Assembly (NCBI GenBank): GCA_023920165.1
Contig: CP089277.1
Span: 1,798,001-1,862,000, forward strand
Reading direction: 5' to 3'
Source: Curvularia clavata
Taxonomy: Eukaryota
Length of the DNA stretch: 64,000 nt
The notes under the pieces were generated by a model. The model saw only the letters and a program-made list of their open reading frames with translations. It did not search any database and had not been told where the DNA came from. Shown piece by piece: positions 47,164-61,219 of this stretch. Within the stretch, counting starts at the first letter, position 1, and each line of letters starts with the position of its first letter. Position numbers and translations under genes: made by a program.

Positions 47164-48345
47164 TCAACCTTCCGATTCATCATCGTCGCTGTCATCGTCA
47201 TCTTCAACGTCTTCCTCTTCCTCATCTCCCGTTTCCGCTCCCGCTCCCGCTTCCTCCATCGCCTTCTTCATCGCCTCCTTCTGACTCGGCAGTCTGCCTC
47301 CCCTCGCCACCTTGGCTTGCCTCTCCATCTCCTTCTCCTCATCACTATCCGCAACTAGCGGGATCTTTTCAAACACGTACATCCTCGCCTCGCGATCTTC
47401 CCCCTTCCACCCGCCCCCTCCCTCAAGCGCGCCCAGCGTACGCACATGATGGTACCCCGGATACTGCTCCCAATCAAACTTCCAGCTCTCCACGACTCGC
47501 AGCCCCGTGTGGCGCGCTAGGTCCCGTATATTCCATAATGTGTAGGGCTCGCCTTCGAAGAGTGTGACGATGATCCTGCCGCCCATACGGAGGAAAGGCT
47601 TGATGGGCTGTTTTTGCACCTGTTGTGAAGCAGCTTCATTGTCGTCCTCGCCGCGCTTTCTCTTCTTCTTCCTGTTTTCGTTTTCCTTCTGGTGCTGCAA
47701 GATCTGCAGCCGCCGCTTGGGATCCTTAGTATCAAGACAGGACTTGAAAAATTCGACTAGCAGCGCCTGGTTCGCGCGAACCTGGCGATTTACATCTGTT
47801 GAGAGACCGCCTGTATGTGGGAACATAAACGTAATTATGTCCCAGCCTTCTTCGTTGTCATCTTCACGCTTGCAGCGCAGTTGTTTGTAACTTGAGAGTT
47901 TGGTCGCGTCGATGGAGTGGAAGAGGGGGACTGGAGGAGTGAGGTTGGCAAGTTCGCTGGATATAGAGCCGAAGGTAGGGTATTTGGTTTGGACGTCTTC
48001 GAGCGAGTCGTAGCTGGTGGCGGTCACGTTTGCGCAGCCGTGCTCGATGGCGAGGGAACGGGTGAAGCTGAAGTCACCCTCGCCGACAAGGAGAATGTGA
48101 TCATACTCGCCAAAAGGAATGGCATGTTTCCGCTGCGAGGGCTGGTTGTGGGCGGGCTTGATCGCTGGTGGTGCATCTTTTGCGGTTCCGGTATTCATTT
48201 TCTGTTTCTTCTTGGTAGGCTGCTTCGTCGCGGCTTGTTTGGTTTCGGCTGCTTTTGCTGCGGCTTTGCGGTGGTGCGCTGCAATTTTCCTTTCGCCTTC
48301 GCGCTTCAATTCCCGGCGCGCACGCTTCGTCTTGGTCTTGGACAT
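47164..48345 (-). CDS. BMT5: 25S rRNA (uracil-N3) methyltransferase (DUF2431)
   Basis: ILLVGEGDFSF, ATSYDS, IDATKL, FMFPHTG, VTLFEGEPYTLWNIRDLA, YPGYHHVRT. Confidence 0.9.
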   Translation of the reverse strand: MSKTKTKRARRELKREGERKIAAHHRKAAAKAAETKQAATKQPTKKKQKMNTGTAKDAPPAIKPAHNQPSQRKHAIPFGEYDHILLVGEGDFSFTRSLAIEHGCANVTATSYDSLEDVQTKYPTFGSISSELANLTPPVPLFHSIDATKLSSYKQLRCKREDDNEEGWDIITFMFPHTGGLSTDVNRQVRANQALLVEFFKSCLDTKDPKRRLQILQHQKENENRKKKRKRGEDDNEAASQQVQKQPIKPFLRMGGRIIVTLFEGEPYTLWNIRDLARHTGLRVVESWKFDWEQYPGYHHVRTLGALEGGGGWKGEDREARMYVFEKIPLVADSDEEKEMERQAKVARGGRLPSQKEAMKKAMEEAGAGAETGDEEEEDVEDDDDSDDDESEG

Positions 48346-48677
48346 GTTTACTATATTTAAGATTGTCCGTTTCGTCTGCCGCAATTGGATGCAGCTCGGA
48401 GGTTTGCGGGGAACATTTGGGAATTTCATAAGCTTGGACCACCCGCACCTCAATGGCGCAGGATGTGCATGTGAAAACAGGAACCCATGTATTGGGCGGA
48501 ACTGCAACATTTATACAAAAACCTTGGAAACATCATATAAAGATCTGCACCGTGAGCAGGGCTAGATGCAGACATCATGAATTGGTTCAACTACAATGTA
48601 CAAGAGACTTCCATGCGGCAATCGCTTTTCGCAAGCCAACACGCCTCGAGAATTCAATGAAACATCATGATATCCTC

Positions 48678-49989
48678 TTATATCAAGTCGCGCTTGACGA
48701 ACTGGTCGTAGAGGGTAGATCCAAGCTTGGCAGGAGAGCGCTCGACAGTGACACCAGCCGCCTCAAGCGCGGTGATCTTGGAGTTGGCATCACCCTTGCC
48801 ACCGCTGACAATGGCACCAGCGTGACCCATTCTCCTGCCTGGTGGGGCGGAGATACCAGCAATAAAGCTGACAACGGGCTTGTTGGCGGTGTTGTACTCC
48901 TTCAAGAAGTCGGCGGCATCCTCCTCGGCGGAACCACCAATCTCACCAATCATGATGATACCGTCAGTCTCCTCGTCCTTAAGGAAGACGTTGAGGCAGT
49001 CAATGAAGTTGGTTCCGGAGAAGGGGTCACCACCAATACCGACAACGAGCGACTGACCAAGGCCGGCTTGGGTGGTCTGGTTGACAGCTTCGTAGGTAAG
49101 AGTTCCGGAGCGGGAGACGATACCAACGCGACCGCGCTTGTGGATGAATCCAGGCATGATACCAATCTTGCATTGACCCTGGTGAAGTTAGAAGTCTACT
49201 CAAGTGGATTTAATGAGTTGTGGAAAACAGCTTACAGGAGCAATGATACCAGGGCAGTTGGGACCGACCATGCGGGACTTGCTCTGGGACTTGAGCATAT
49301 CCGTGATGCGCACCATGTCTATATCAGTTAATTTTTGAAACTTTGAAACTGGCTTGGCTTTCCGTACCGTGTTGGGGAATGCCCTCAGTGATACTGTCCA
49401 TTGTAAGTTTGATATATCTCAGTTTCCACATGTACACCTACGTCACAATCAGGGGGACCTCGGCGGCGATGGCCTCCTCGATACTGGCGGCAGCCACCGG
49501 TGGGCTACATTTTGGTTAGATCTAGAAGGTGACATAAAGTCAGAGGCGGATGGAGCATACGGAACGAAGATGGCGGTAGCAGTAGCTTGGGTCTCCTTCA
49601 TGGCCTCTGCGACATTCTTGAAGACAGGCAGTCCGAGGTGCTCGGTGCCAGCCTTCTTGGGGTTTGTTCCTCCAACAACCTTTGTGCCTGCAATGGTGTC
49701 AGACCTCTTCCCCCGCAATATCAAAATAGCCTCGTAGTTGGTCGCATACCGTACTCAATCGCCTGCTGAGCGTGGAAGCTGTTTGTGGGTTAGCAGGGCC
49801 CATTACCGCAGCTTCTCCTAGCTCAACTCACGTTCCCTGCTTTCCAGTAAAACCCTGGAAGAGGACCTTTGTGTCGCTGTTGATGCGAAGGTTCTTAATC
49901 GTCTCGGCGTACTGCGAGGAGGCTGTCGCATATTGCCTGGTTGCGGCCTTTGAGAGCGCAGAGCGCAGCGGTTGCCGAATAGACTGCAT
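48678..49989 (-). CDS. LSC1: Succinyl-CoA ligase alpha subunit, mitochondrial
   Basis: [49 protein letters not shown] (phospho-His); multiple short exons. Confidence 0.96.
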
Positions 49990-50601
49990 CGTGACGGGTG
50001 AGTGGCCACGAGAGCAAATCTGGGGTATGAGGGGGTATCGCGGGCTGGATTTGTTGGTGGTTAACGGTCTGAGCGAAGCTGCGACATGGCGGGAGTTCTT
50101 CGGCGGAGCTTGGCCAGTCCTAAAATCTCGTGCCAGGGCCCGTCCGCGCCCGACAACTTGACGAAAATAACTCGTTTGTCTACGCCCGCGCAGTTAAGGC
50201 GATCGCATTCGAGTTGGCTGAGATGCTGGGTCTACAATACTCTAACGCTTTCAATAATTGTATATGAATTTCATTTTATCAAAATTAAAAGCGTGTCTTC
50301 CATCAGTGGCAGGTCAAGTCTGCCCAAACAGCTGCACGGCACTGCACTGCAACGCTTTGAGTATCACGTTGGGTTGCTCCGAGGTACCTTCGGATGGCTT
50401 ATCCGATGGTCACGAAGATGTTAGTTTCTTTTAGCAGAGCGTGTGAAATTGGCAGAACGGAAAGGAAATTTGGTGAGCAAATCACATTGGTTTCGCATAG
50501 TGGTCGAGATGATGGGGCATCAAGGTCAGTGTGCGGCAGCCAATACAGCTGTATTTTACATTTACTACATGTCTTGTACACGGCCGAGGGCAGGCCTGCA
50601 T

Positions 50602-51791
50602 TTAGTCGTTGAGTTTTCCGTAAAATGGAATGCCAATGGCCTGCAGAAGTAGGCGGGCATCCTTGTTGCTTGTAGCATCGGTTTGGATGGTGATGTGGCA
50701 ACCGGGTATCATCTTTGGCGGATAGCTACAATGCGTTAGTTTGACATGGCTGGTCAAGGTAAGCTCAACAGAAAACTCACGCGTCATAGTTGACCTCGAT
50801 CTCTGGGAAGAGGGCAACTTGGTCCGGGGTAAGACCAAAGCTCATGTTACCATGACCATCTCCAGAGGAACCAGGCACACCTTTCCATTCCTTGATCCTT
50901 GGCAAGACTACGTCAATGAGCTTAGCCAAAAAGTTGTCTGCATCTTCGCGCTCCATGGTGGAGGTGACTGCGACATATCTGCCCTTGCGCAGTCCCCAGC
51001 CGACAACATTGTGCTTGGCCTTGTGGGATACTGCTCGTACATTGCTAATAGCCTGCAACACCATTCCGGCTACATGCAAATTTCCACTATTTTCCTGGGC
51101 TTCTGGAACCATGGAGTGGACGACGACTTTTGTGATCTTGGGAATATTGCGGAATGTGCGGGGTTCTTGGAGCAGGCGCAGGACTTCACCCTTGCCTCGC
51201 GGAGGTCGCAATGGACGATTCTTGAAGTAGGGCGAGTCGCCAGTCCATTCTCGCAAGCGCTGCTCTGTCTTTGGGGCTCGGTAGCCTGGGGGGTAGTGCT
51301 GGTATGTGAGGGTGAGCAGGTCGGATGCGATCTTGCTCTGGTATGTCTGCTCGAGGCGCGACAGGCTAAAGGGCCCCGGCTGGAAGAGGCGCGAGGCTGG
51401 ATCTGACTCTGGCGGGGGCTGGTGAGGGTGGAGGGGGCCGCGGTAGTACTTGGGCGAGCGGTATTGGTACCTGTCATGTCATGTGTGAGGGTGGATTCCT
51501 TGGTCACGCTGGCGGGACACGGTACCTGCTGGGCGGCAGCTGCTTGTTCCCCCGTCTGCGCAATCGACTCCTTGCTACGGGATCGAAGCTCTTGGCCAGC
51601 TCTTCTGAAGGTGGGGGCACCTGGAGTGAGGATGCGTCCTCAATGTCGGCCACTGCTTGGGACGAGGCACAGCGGCGGGCGGCAGGCACAGCGGCGGCGA
51701 CAACAGCAGGGCGAACGGCAGGCCGGGCGGCGGTCGTGGCACTACTGGCCAGAGCTGCCGCTGTGCGTAGCGGCAGGTCACGCATGGCCAT
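50602..51791 (-). CDS. MRPL7: Mitochondrial large-subunit ribosomal protein uL5m
   Basis: Presequence, YYRGPLHPHQPP, REWTGDSPYFKNRP, VLPRIKEWKGV..SGDGHGN, FPEIEVNYD, PGCHITIQT. Confidence 0.9.
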
Positions 51792-52257
51792 GGCTGGGTG
51801 TCGGGGGCGGGTGGTGGTTATACACCTTGTACGTAGGCGATGAAGCGGACTTTTCTGTATACGCTATACGCCGTGCGACAAAGGCCGCCGCGCAGGGATC
51901 GACTGCCAGCCGGGGCCCGGCCACGGCCTCGGTAGCCAATAGGGCGGCCCCACCCTTGAGCACCGGGCTACTACACCAGACGCTCGTCCGGTGCGGCTGA
52001 CGGGTTCTTGGTACACTCGGCCATGTCTTGTGCTTCTTTTTCGTCACTGCGGTTGTTTTCTTTGTGCGCCCGTGGTCGTGCTACGTCGTCTGCTGCGTCC
52101 TTGTGGCGCAGCGTCATCTCCCGTTGCTTGGCTGCGCCGCCTCGTCTACACCTTCCTCCGCCCTCCGCGTCCGCTGCCTGCCCCGCGAACTGTCCCGCAT
52201 TCCGTTCACCACTCCTCCACTGCATGCTACTCCCCTTCGCCCTCCACCTTCGCCACC

Positions 52258-54882
52258 ATGAACGGCATGTCGCGTTTCCTTAGCCGGCGCGACAAGAACG
52301 GCGAGAAACGCGCTTCCAAACACGCCAAATCCAAAGTATGCTTCGACGCCTCCTGTTGTTCTGTTCCTCCGCAATCGGTTCCTCTGCTCCTTCAACCTGC
52401 TTTCCTTCAGCATTCAGCTCGTCAGTCTTCTAACCGTATAAACTTCTAGTCCCAATCTTCAAGTGCTCCGTCCGACCTCTACAAGATATTCACAAGCGAA
52501 GGGCCCAGGCCGCCAGCAAACGAACATGCCGAGAAAAAAGTACACCAGCCGCCATAGCAACATGCGCTCTTGTTAACCAGTCCCAGGTCAAGATGCTTCT
52601 CTCCCGCCTGAATGGTGCCGGCATAACCAAAATGTCAGAGGAACAGGCCGAACACGCCCTCGCCTGGTACCCGGACGACCTCGACAAGGCCTACGATCTC
52701 TTGGTCCTCGCCAACGAATCCCTTGAAGGCGAACTGAAAGACTACAACCCCAACATCCCTATGTTAGGCGCCATCAATCGAAACATGGTGACCTGCTATC
52801 TTGACGCACTGTTATTTGCCATGTTTGCGCGCCTGGATAGTTTTGAAGCAATGTTGTACGACAATTTTGAGGATGAGCCCAGGAAGAGGCTGGCCGCTGT
52901 CCTGCGGTTATGGGTCAATCTCCTGCGCAGCGGCCAGCTGATCAGGGTCGACTTGGTACTGTCAGTCTGTATCGCTAGCTCGCCCTTGACTAACAGCCCT
53001 CGCAGACTAAGCACCTTCAAGATGCGCTTGCAAAGTGTGGGTGGGAAGACGCTGCCCAAGTGCGACAACAAGACGCATCAGAAGCCTTCACCTTCATTAC
53101 TGGAGCCCTCGAGTTGCCCCTTCTTACCCTGAAGATGGACATTTACCACACTGGACGCGAGGACAAGGAGGACGATCACAAATTCGTCAACGAGCGACTC
53201 CTCGAGGTTGCCATTCCAGAACCAGAGGAGGGTCGTGTTATCACTCTCGAAGACTGCCTAGAGACTTACTTTAATAACCGAATCGAGGTGAAGCGCTACC
53301 TACAAAGACAAAATACGATAGCTTCCATCAGATCTGCCACCGATGAGTTCTCAGACAAGGACCCGGAGAAGAATGAGACGATACACATCGAAACTGCCGA
53401 AGTAGATGCGCCCATGACTCCAATTGTCACATCACCGGTATCGATGGAGGCTTCCGCAACTTTGCTGCCAGTGCGACCCAATCTGGAAGGCCGCCGCCGT
53501 GCTGACAGTATCTTTGGCCAGCGATACCTGCGTCAGCTACCAGATTCTGGAAAATTTGATGAGAAGAAGCATGTGGAAGATATGCTGGACAACAGTTCTG
53601 GTGGTCGGCCCCGCTCCGCTTCTCTGCTTAAGAAGGAGATTCTCATGCCAGCATGGCAGTTCTTCAGTTTGATTCGTAAGTGGAGTGCTCCTACAACGTC
53701 TCTAGTCTAACAATATCTGCAGCGTGGTATACCGATAATGTTCCAAGATCAGATGCGCAGGTCGCTGCACACTTTTCTGCAAAACGCCCCATTCTGGGAA
53801 TATGCCTAAAGCGATACACTATGAATGCAAACGGCACCCCCAGGCGTCTCAATACCTACATTGATATTCCACTTGATATTGGCCTACCCCACTTCATTTC
53901 TGACGAAAGAATGAAGGAAGAGGGTCCATTGTTTGGCAACTTCAAGCTAGTGCTTCAATCGGTCGTCTGCCATCGAGGTGTGTCGGTCGACTCTGGACAC
54001 TACATTGCGCTTGTTCGTGCCAATACCCTAGGGCGGCCCAGCACTTCACATTCCGAATCTGAAGACGAAGGCGACAAATGGTTACGATTTGACGATCTCT
54101 CGAGTCAACGAGTCACCGAGGTCGACATTGAACAGACCCTGCGAGAAGAGTCACCATATTTGCTCTTCTACCAAGTGCAGCCTATTGATGCAGAGTTGGC
54201 TTCTCGGGGCGATCCCCCGACCTATGCAGAGGCACAGTCTGGAATTCCTTCCGTGGACCCATCCCGCGAGACGCTGTCTTCTCTTCCATCCACAACTGCA
54301 ACAGATGTAGACGCTACTGTCGACTGGGAAAAGACGAGCGTTCCTGATGGCCATACCGAACCCAGTCGTACAGACGAACCAGCTAGTCGAAATAGCATTT
54401 CCAGTAATCAGCGCAGTAGTCTTGCCATTGAGGATGCTGAAGGGAGCGTTCGTGGCCGAACCCAACCAAATACACCTGCCGACGAGAAGACTAGCTTTCT
54501 ATCTGTCTCCAGACGCGGCTCACGCATATGGATGTCTGGTAATGGCAGAAGCCGGCCTGGTAGCCCAAGTGCTGAGAATCGGTTGTCGATTACGCTATCG
54601 CGACTTACAGGCCGGGCAAGCAACAGTAAATTGCTCACGCAAGAGAACGCTACGACTGGCGATGAGCCTACCATTGTAATCGAAAAAGCGACGAATGGAG
54701 AAGACGGCTCGAAGGCTCCGTCTCCAATGAAGGACAAGAAAGAATCTGGAATCTCACGGAGCAAGAGCAAAAAGGAGAAGAAGGATAGGCTGAGGAGCAA
54801 GAGTAGAGAACCGGGGGTTGTTCTAGAGAAAGGCAAGTCAAAGGGAAAGAACCGACCGGACCGTGAGTGTATCGTTATGTAA
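52258..54882 (+). CDS. Ubiquitin carboxyl-terminal hydrolase (USP family, CYLD-like)
   Basis: Cys box NMVTCYLDALLFAMF, QQDASEAF, His box VCHRGVSVDSGHY, WLRFDD, PYLLFYQ; several introns. Confidence 0.88.
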
Positions 54883-55450
54883 TCCTCCATTTGCTGCGGT
54901 TATTGATTGGGCATTGGTTATGTTGTAGCTTAGATGGCTATGAGCCACACACGGGAGTTTTGGCATTTTTAGCGTGGAGTTTCTGGGGGCATAATGCATT
55001 GGTTTGCGTGGGTTGGTTGTCCAGGGTCTCGGATAGGCGTCGGCTTTGCATGGTACATATTATAGGACTAGAGATAAGATACCCTGAAATCGAGTAGAAT
55101 CAGAGGGACGGCAATCTGCCAGACCTCTTCATCTTTGACTATGATGTTGGAAATATAACGCAGGGAAAATTGGTCGTGCGGCGGTGGTCCCAACTATGTG
55201 TTATCAGAAGTCGTTAGACAGGCCTAGAAGAGTGGCGTCCGGTTGAGGCTAAGCAGCCGCGGACAACCTGGCCTCTTGGATCGCGCTAAGGTTACCCTCG
55301 CCCACCACAAAAGTCGCCCGCTCGTCCCTTCACCCTCTCCCACGTTTTGCGCCACTAGACATTCCTCCTTGTTCGAGCCCGTCTTTCCAGATCCCCCCTC
55401 GGAGCGTGTATTAACAGGTCCATCTCGATCCATCCGCCTCGACCTTCACA

Positions 55451-56235
55451 ATGGCTATCAGCCCTCAAGTGTATGCAACGAATGAACCTGGCGAGGCCGT
55501 TTGAAGACAGTTTGTGCTAATCCTCACCGCAGTACCAACCTGGTCATCATCCTGTAGGCTCCCTCCCGCTCTGTTCGGGCGCATGCAGCAGTAGCAGATT
55601 CTAATATGCATTCCTCACAGGGGATTTATGCAAATCTCGAAAAAGATCCCGTTCGATGACCCCAACGTGCTCAACGGCGTGCGCGCGCTCTACATCGTGT
55701 CCAACCTGATCATCGCGGGTATCTATCTCTACGTGCAAGCGCAGATCAACAAGAAGAATGGTGCGTTCTGCTACCCGAGAACAACTCAGAAACCGGTGGT
55801 CTCTGGGAATAAGCACGAACGGCGCTGACATAGCTCGGAACAGACATGACGGTTGTCAAATACGTCGAGCCCCCGCCAATGGGCTCAGGCGAGGAACCCA
55901 AATTCGTCGCCACAACCGTCAAGGCCTACGATTTGGGCAAGCTGCGCGAGGCTTTCAAGGCGCAGATGATGGGCGTCGGCATGATGTGCGTCATGCATCT
56001 GTACTTCAAATACACCAACCCGCTCCTCATCCAGTCTATCATCCCACTCAAGGGCGCCTTCGAGGGAAACCTCGTCAAGATTCATCTGTTTGGCCAGCCC
56101 GCTACCGGCGATCTCGCACGTCCCTGGAAGGCGGCTGGTGGCATGATGGGTATGGGTGCTGGTGAGATTAAGACTGATAAGAAGAGCATTGAGGCTGCGG
56201 AGCGTGCGGGTCGCGGCGGTGTTAAGGATGAGTAG
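55451..56235 (+). CDS. PHO88: ER membrane SND-pathway protein (Snd3)
   Basis: Exons 55451-55470, 55533-55553, 55621-55760 and 55844-56235: MAISPQVTNLVIILGFMQISKKIPFDDP..KYVEP..HLYFKYTNPLLIQSI..GDLARPW. Confidence 0.93.
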
Positions 56236-57462
56236 ATTTAGGGCAAAGGATATTATTATGGGGAGGTTCCGTCTTGTGCCTATTTCTTTTACTCCTTGGA
56301 GATAGACACGGCAACTTGCGGCTTGTGTTACGGAAGCAGGCGGATCACAGGGAACCTTTTGTTAACCTGTTTGTATAACATGCATGAATATTCTAGTCTA
56401 TGCTTATCCTTTTTCGTTCCGACTGGTGACTATGTGCATATATGATGTGTATGGCGTCTTTCTACAAGATGGCATAGAAAAAGAAAGCAAGGTAAACGTT
56501 CCCCGCATTTGAAGTACATGCGCCACATTTACGTCAGATGTGCTTGCTTTCTTTTTTTTTAATTAAAAGGCTACGCCTAGAGACGATTTTGAAAAGAACA
56601 CACAAGTCTATATTGCCTATCTATTCCCATTGTCTATTATCGTAAATCGTAGTAAAACATTCGTAATAGTGAATTAGAAAGCATCGAAGCTACCATTTTA
56701 TCCTCGAATGACTGCATTGCTGGTACATGGCATGTTTGTCATCTCCCTCAAATTACACTCAATGGCATTTTGATTCCTGCTCTTTCTCCTTTTCAAATGC
56801 AGGTACGGGATGTGTCTTAAGATAAATCTTCCTGTTGGGGCCTGTTGGTGGCCCAAGTTCTCTGTCCTTGCGACTTGTTTGAGAGAAAAGCGGTTTCGTG
56901 TGGACTGCCAAGAGGGTGGATCAAATTATTGCTTCAACAGTAAAGATAGCCCATGGTAGCTCGGGGAAACATGCTAAGTATAGTAATGGGCGTAAAGGAT
57001 AGATCGGAGAAGTATCTTTAATAGAATTGATGACATCGAATCGGACAGCGGTTTGTTGGTTTGTTTTGAGGCTCCATGGAAAAAAGTTGCTTTTTGTTGG
57101 CGTAGGGAGAAAATCAAGCGGGGTATTATTAAGCTGCGCAGAATAGCACCTTGTGGTGGGCATGAATTGTGTCATTCCTGCTTGTCTCTCTTTCCCCTTC
57201 TGTCTCTGCTTGAAAGACTGGCTGGATTTTACGCGATGACAACGCAACATTCCATCATATGGAGTTCGGACAGTCGAGGACGCATAGCAGTTGACCAGTG
57301 AGGAGAGTCCGAGTGGCTTGAAGTTATGGGCAGGTCATTCTTAAATCGGAGCAATGCAAACTCTTCTTCTAACGTGTCCTCTCCCAGGTGCATGAGAATG
57401 CTCTTGCACAGGCTCGGAAACGGAAAAAGGAAGGAAATTTTCATGTTAACTCCTAATTTGAT

Positions 57463-60122
57463 TCAAACTGATCCAGTCCATTCAGGAAAGTAGCCGTCTT
57501 GCATCGGCATTGCAATTGGCTCGTTCTCGTAGTTGAAGGGGTCGCCCCAGAAACCCTGTTTTGGTCAGAACACTACACACTTTTGCTGAGATATCATGCT
57601 ACTTACAAAGTCGAAATCGGGAACGACGTTAGTAGTCGGCTGTATGTCTCCAATAATGTTATTGATGTTGTTGATATTGATGTCGTCCCATACAGGTGCG
57701 CGAGTTGAGAGATCTTGCATCTGATCTAGCATGTCAGGTTGCATCAGCGGCTGGGGCGCGGCTGATAGTGCTGGCGGATCGTATGTCACAGAGTTGGATG
57801 GGAAGTAAGTGGGCATCGCTGGCATCGCTGGGTATGGTGCCGTGTTGCTATTTGACACGGTACCTAATGGAAGCGTCGATGTAGATGTAGGCACAGACTT
57901 TGGCGGAGTCTGGCTAAGATACGGATTGGAAGTTTGAGTTTGGGCCGGGGGTGAAGCTTGAGTCTGAGCCCTGGGCGACAGGCTGTGCTCAGTTACAGCC
58001 TTGTCAATCATATTCTTGACAGCCTGCCACGCCTTGGCGTTGTTGTTTTCTCGGAGGATTCGCGACATTTGTAGCGCTCGCAACGCCCGTTGTCGATCTG
58101 GCGCGTCAAACAGGGGATTGCGCAGCTCAGACAAGATGTGCATGATTGCCTGGAACGAAGCAATGGCGCCTTGAATTGTTAGCTTTTAAATTACCGCAAA
58201 ACGGGTTACTTTACCAATGTGCCATTGAAAACGAGCAGCATCAACATCGGCTGCCGCTCCGTTGAGGGTTTCTACACAACCAACAGACTTTTCAAATATT
58301 CTGAGACTGTTAACCCATGCAAACTCTGAATGGAACTTGGCTGTAGAGAAATACGTACGATCTGCGAATGTCATCTGAGAAAACCGCCTCGCGATAAGCA
58401 CGTGGTATACGGAGCCAGAACAGCAGGTACGCTCGCCATTCGAGTAGCGAAGCCAGGCCCAGAGTCAATCGTTCCATTGGTATCTCCGGGTTAAGAAAAT
58501 GCAAGTACTTTTGATGGGTTTCTTCGTGTACCTCGTCGAGCATGACTTTGATCTGTTCATAGAGATCTCGCAGTTCTTGGGCAGGGTCTGGTCGAGAAGT
58601 TCCATGAAGCCCGGAATCCAGCACCCGTCGTTCTAGACGATATGTGCTCTGAACTATGCGCCGCAGCGCTCGCATGCCGTTGAATCGCACGAGTTGGAAT
58701 GTCATGGTAGTGAATTTCTGTTCGTTGTATGGCGCTGGACCTGGGCTCGCTCCATCGACAAGGTCTTCGTCGTCAATATTCCGTGGGAACAGGGTGGTGT
58801 AGAAGTCTTCGGTAATGCTCGGTTCCTGGCCTTTACATTCAGCTGCACGAAACTCCAGATGGCCGAGTTGATGCCACATGCGACGACGCTGTTCAATAGT
58901 GAGGGCATCCATGGATCCAGTCGGGAACAAGGATGGGTCCCTGTGTAAGCCCTGATTGAGGGCGATTCGGAATGCTATGCCAATCAAGACCCAAGCTTTG
59001 CCTGATATTGATGTCAGTTTAGTATTCTAGCAAGCATTTAATAAGCCTACCCATGTCTTCCTCTCTTGTAATACAAGTTAGCCATAGCACGAAACCCTGG
59101 AATATCTCGAGGCTGGACGTCGTCAAATAATTTTCCCGGGCGAGGGATATTTCAACACCCAGTTGAAACCGGTCCAGAAGGGCTTCCTTGGTATCGCCGA
59201 ATCTATTTTGGACAACCTTTGGAGGCAACGAATTAATGGCAGAGAAGTAGATGGCATAGGCAATAGGGTGTGTTTCACGGTTGTAATGGGAGAATTTGCG
59301 CAGGATTGTCGGTCTATGTGTGATCCTCACCAGGGGGTCTACATTGGCGAAATAGACATCCAGGAGGGTATCGCGGTGCTCTTGTGTGTTAGGTAGTAAT
59401 TGCTCAAGATTTGAGCCTGCGCCTGCGCGACCCAAGGAGAGCAGATCGACCAGACTGCTTTGTGGAACTTCTTTCCTCTCTTCGTCGGTCTTGTCGCCAA
59501 GTAGTGCTTTGATGTCTTGGATCTAGTAAGCGTCAGCACACATGGGCTTGCTCGAGTAGCCCAAACGATGCGCAGGGACAGAATTGACGAATAGTGTGCG
59601 TACCTCATCAGCAAGCAATGCAAAATGTAGAGAAGAGACGAACTGAGATTGTCCTCCATTCAGCAAAAGAGTGCCATCTCCATCGTCCGAAGTAATACCC
59701 GCTCCATGAGAAGTCTGGCTAGTAGACGACGGGGTCGAGGGATCCATCTCTCTTCTTTCAAAGTCAGCGCTGGATCGCACAGATGATGCTGTAGTGTTCG
59801 TCTGTCCAGCAACCGCTTTCTCCAAAAGATACTCGAGTCGATCCAGTCGCGCCTGTACGTCACTACTTCTTCCGGCCTTGACGCTGTTGGCTATGGTGGC
59901 TTTGGATATTCTCCCAGTAGCAGTTGTGGGCTGGACCTGGTCTGTCCAAGTGCAGACATGGTTTCCGCGGGTACAAGAGCCACAGACGGGATGGACATGG
60001 TCGCATTTGACTTTCCTTCTCCGACATGTCAAGCAAGATGAGATGACTCGTGGGCGGCCGCCGCCTGGCTTGCCCGTGGAGCCTGGCGAGTGGGCAGATG
60101 GGCCGACTTTGGATTCGACCAT
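57463..60122 (-). CDS. Zn(II)2Cys6 transcription factor with Fungal_trans domain
   Basis: SCLTCRRRKVKCDHVHPVCGSCTRGNHVC; YFANVDPLVRITHRP; GLHRDP..EQRRRMW. Last exon GFWGDPF..WTGSV*. Confidence 0.9.
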
Positions 60123-61219
60123 GACCGAATAAAAGTGAAAGGATGTCTTCACGAAATGCCCAAAGTTTTCAAGGGCGGTCGGCGGTGGTGGGTCGGTGGA
60201 CGGGGAAGAATTGGCCCCGCTGCACCGGGTGAGGTTGGCTATGCAAATGCTGCCCCACTTCCGTGTCGGCGTTGCCCAACTAGCACTAGCTTTCACCATG
60301 AGGCTCCTGAGACGGTGCCGAGAACATGTGCAAGCTCGAATGATGCTTTCAAGCCTTCCATTTCACCCGCATCCCCCCGGGCCCTGATCGCCACAGCGAT
60401 GGCGTCACACTCCTCCTGTCCGTCGGTGCCTCTCTCGAGTCCGCTACTGTCATAACAGTCATGAGCCACGGTTGGTTGTAGCTCTCCAACATGCTCAGCC
60501 AGTCATCTTGGTTCGAGTAGAAGCGGGGTGCGCCATTTTATCCACGACATTAACCTTGTATCACTGCTACCGCTGCCTTTTGATGATCATCTATTGTGGA
60601 TTGTCGTGTCACCGTTGCGCATTCCTAAGTCCGAGACGGCAGCGTGGACATAAGGCGGCACACGCCTTGCAATCCGTGGTTTTGGTCCAGCGCGAGGATT
60701 CTGAAAGAAAACAACGGAGATAGAGTTGTAATTTCGTCCGCGTGTGGTCCGACACAATATGTCTGGTACCAATTGTGGAACTCCACCTAGGGATTCATGG
60801 ATGCCTACTCAGAATTATGCACAGCTTGCTGACTTGAAGGCAAATTAGTTGAATAGCAAAAGCCTTGCAACCTACATCGCCCTTACCAGAAAACGAAGAA
60901 TGCATCAATTCTATTGGCTCGTGTATGCTAAGCGCTAGTCCCAATCAGCACTACAGAGTGGAATTCCGCTACCGACCCCTCTATCATGCGTGGTACTGAC
61001 TAACTAATCATTGCGTTTGACCATTGAGGAGCAGCAATGGATACGCCCTGTTTTTCTTTTACGGGAGCGCTCAGCAATGGTGCCACCAGCTGGGAATATA
61101 GTTGAATAACAAGTATATATAACTATCGTGTTCGCGGGAAGACGAGATGCATCGAACACTCAACTCGCAACTCATCCCAAGTACAAACTTCGAAAACGTC
61201 GATACGCATACCAGTTACA

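Noticed and set aside
48453..49331. 292-aa plus-strand ORF and similar long antisense ORFs over ARB1, RAD16 and MRPL7
   Set aside because: Antisense shadows of genes with strong codon bias.
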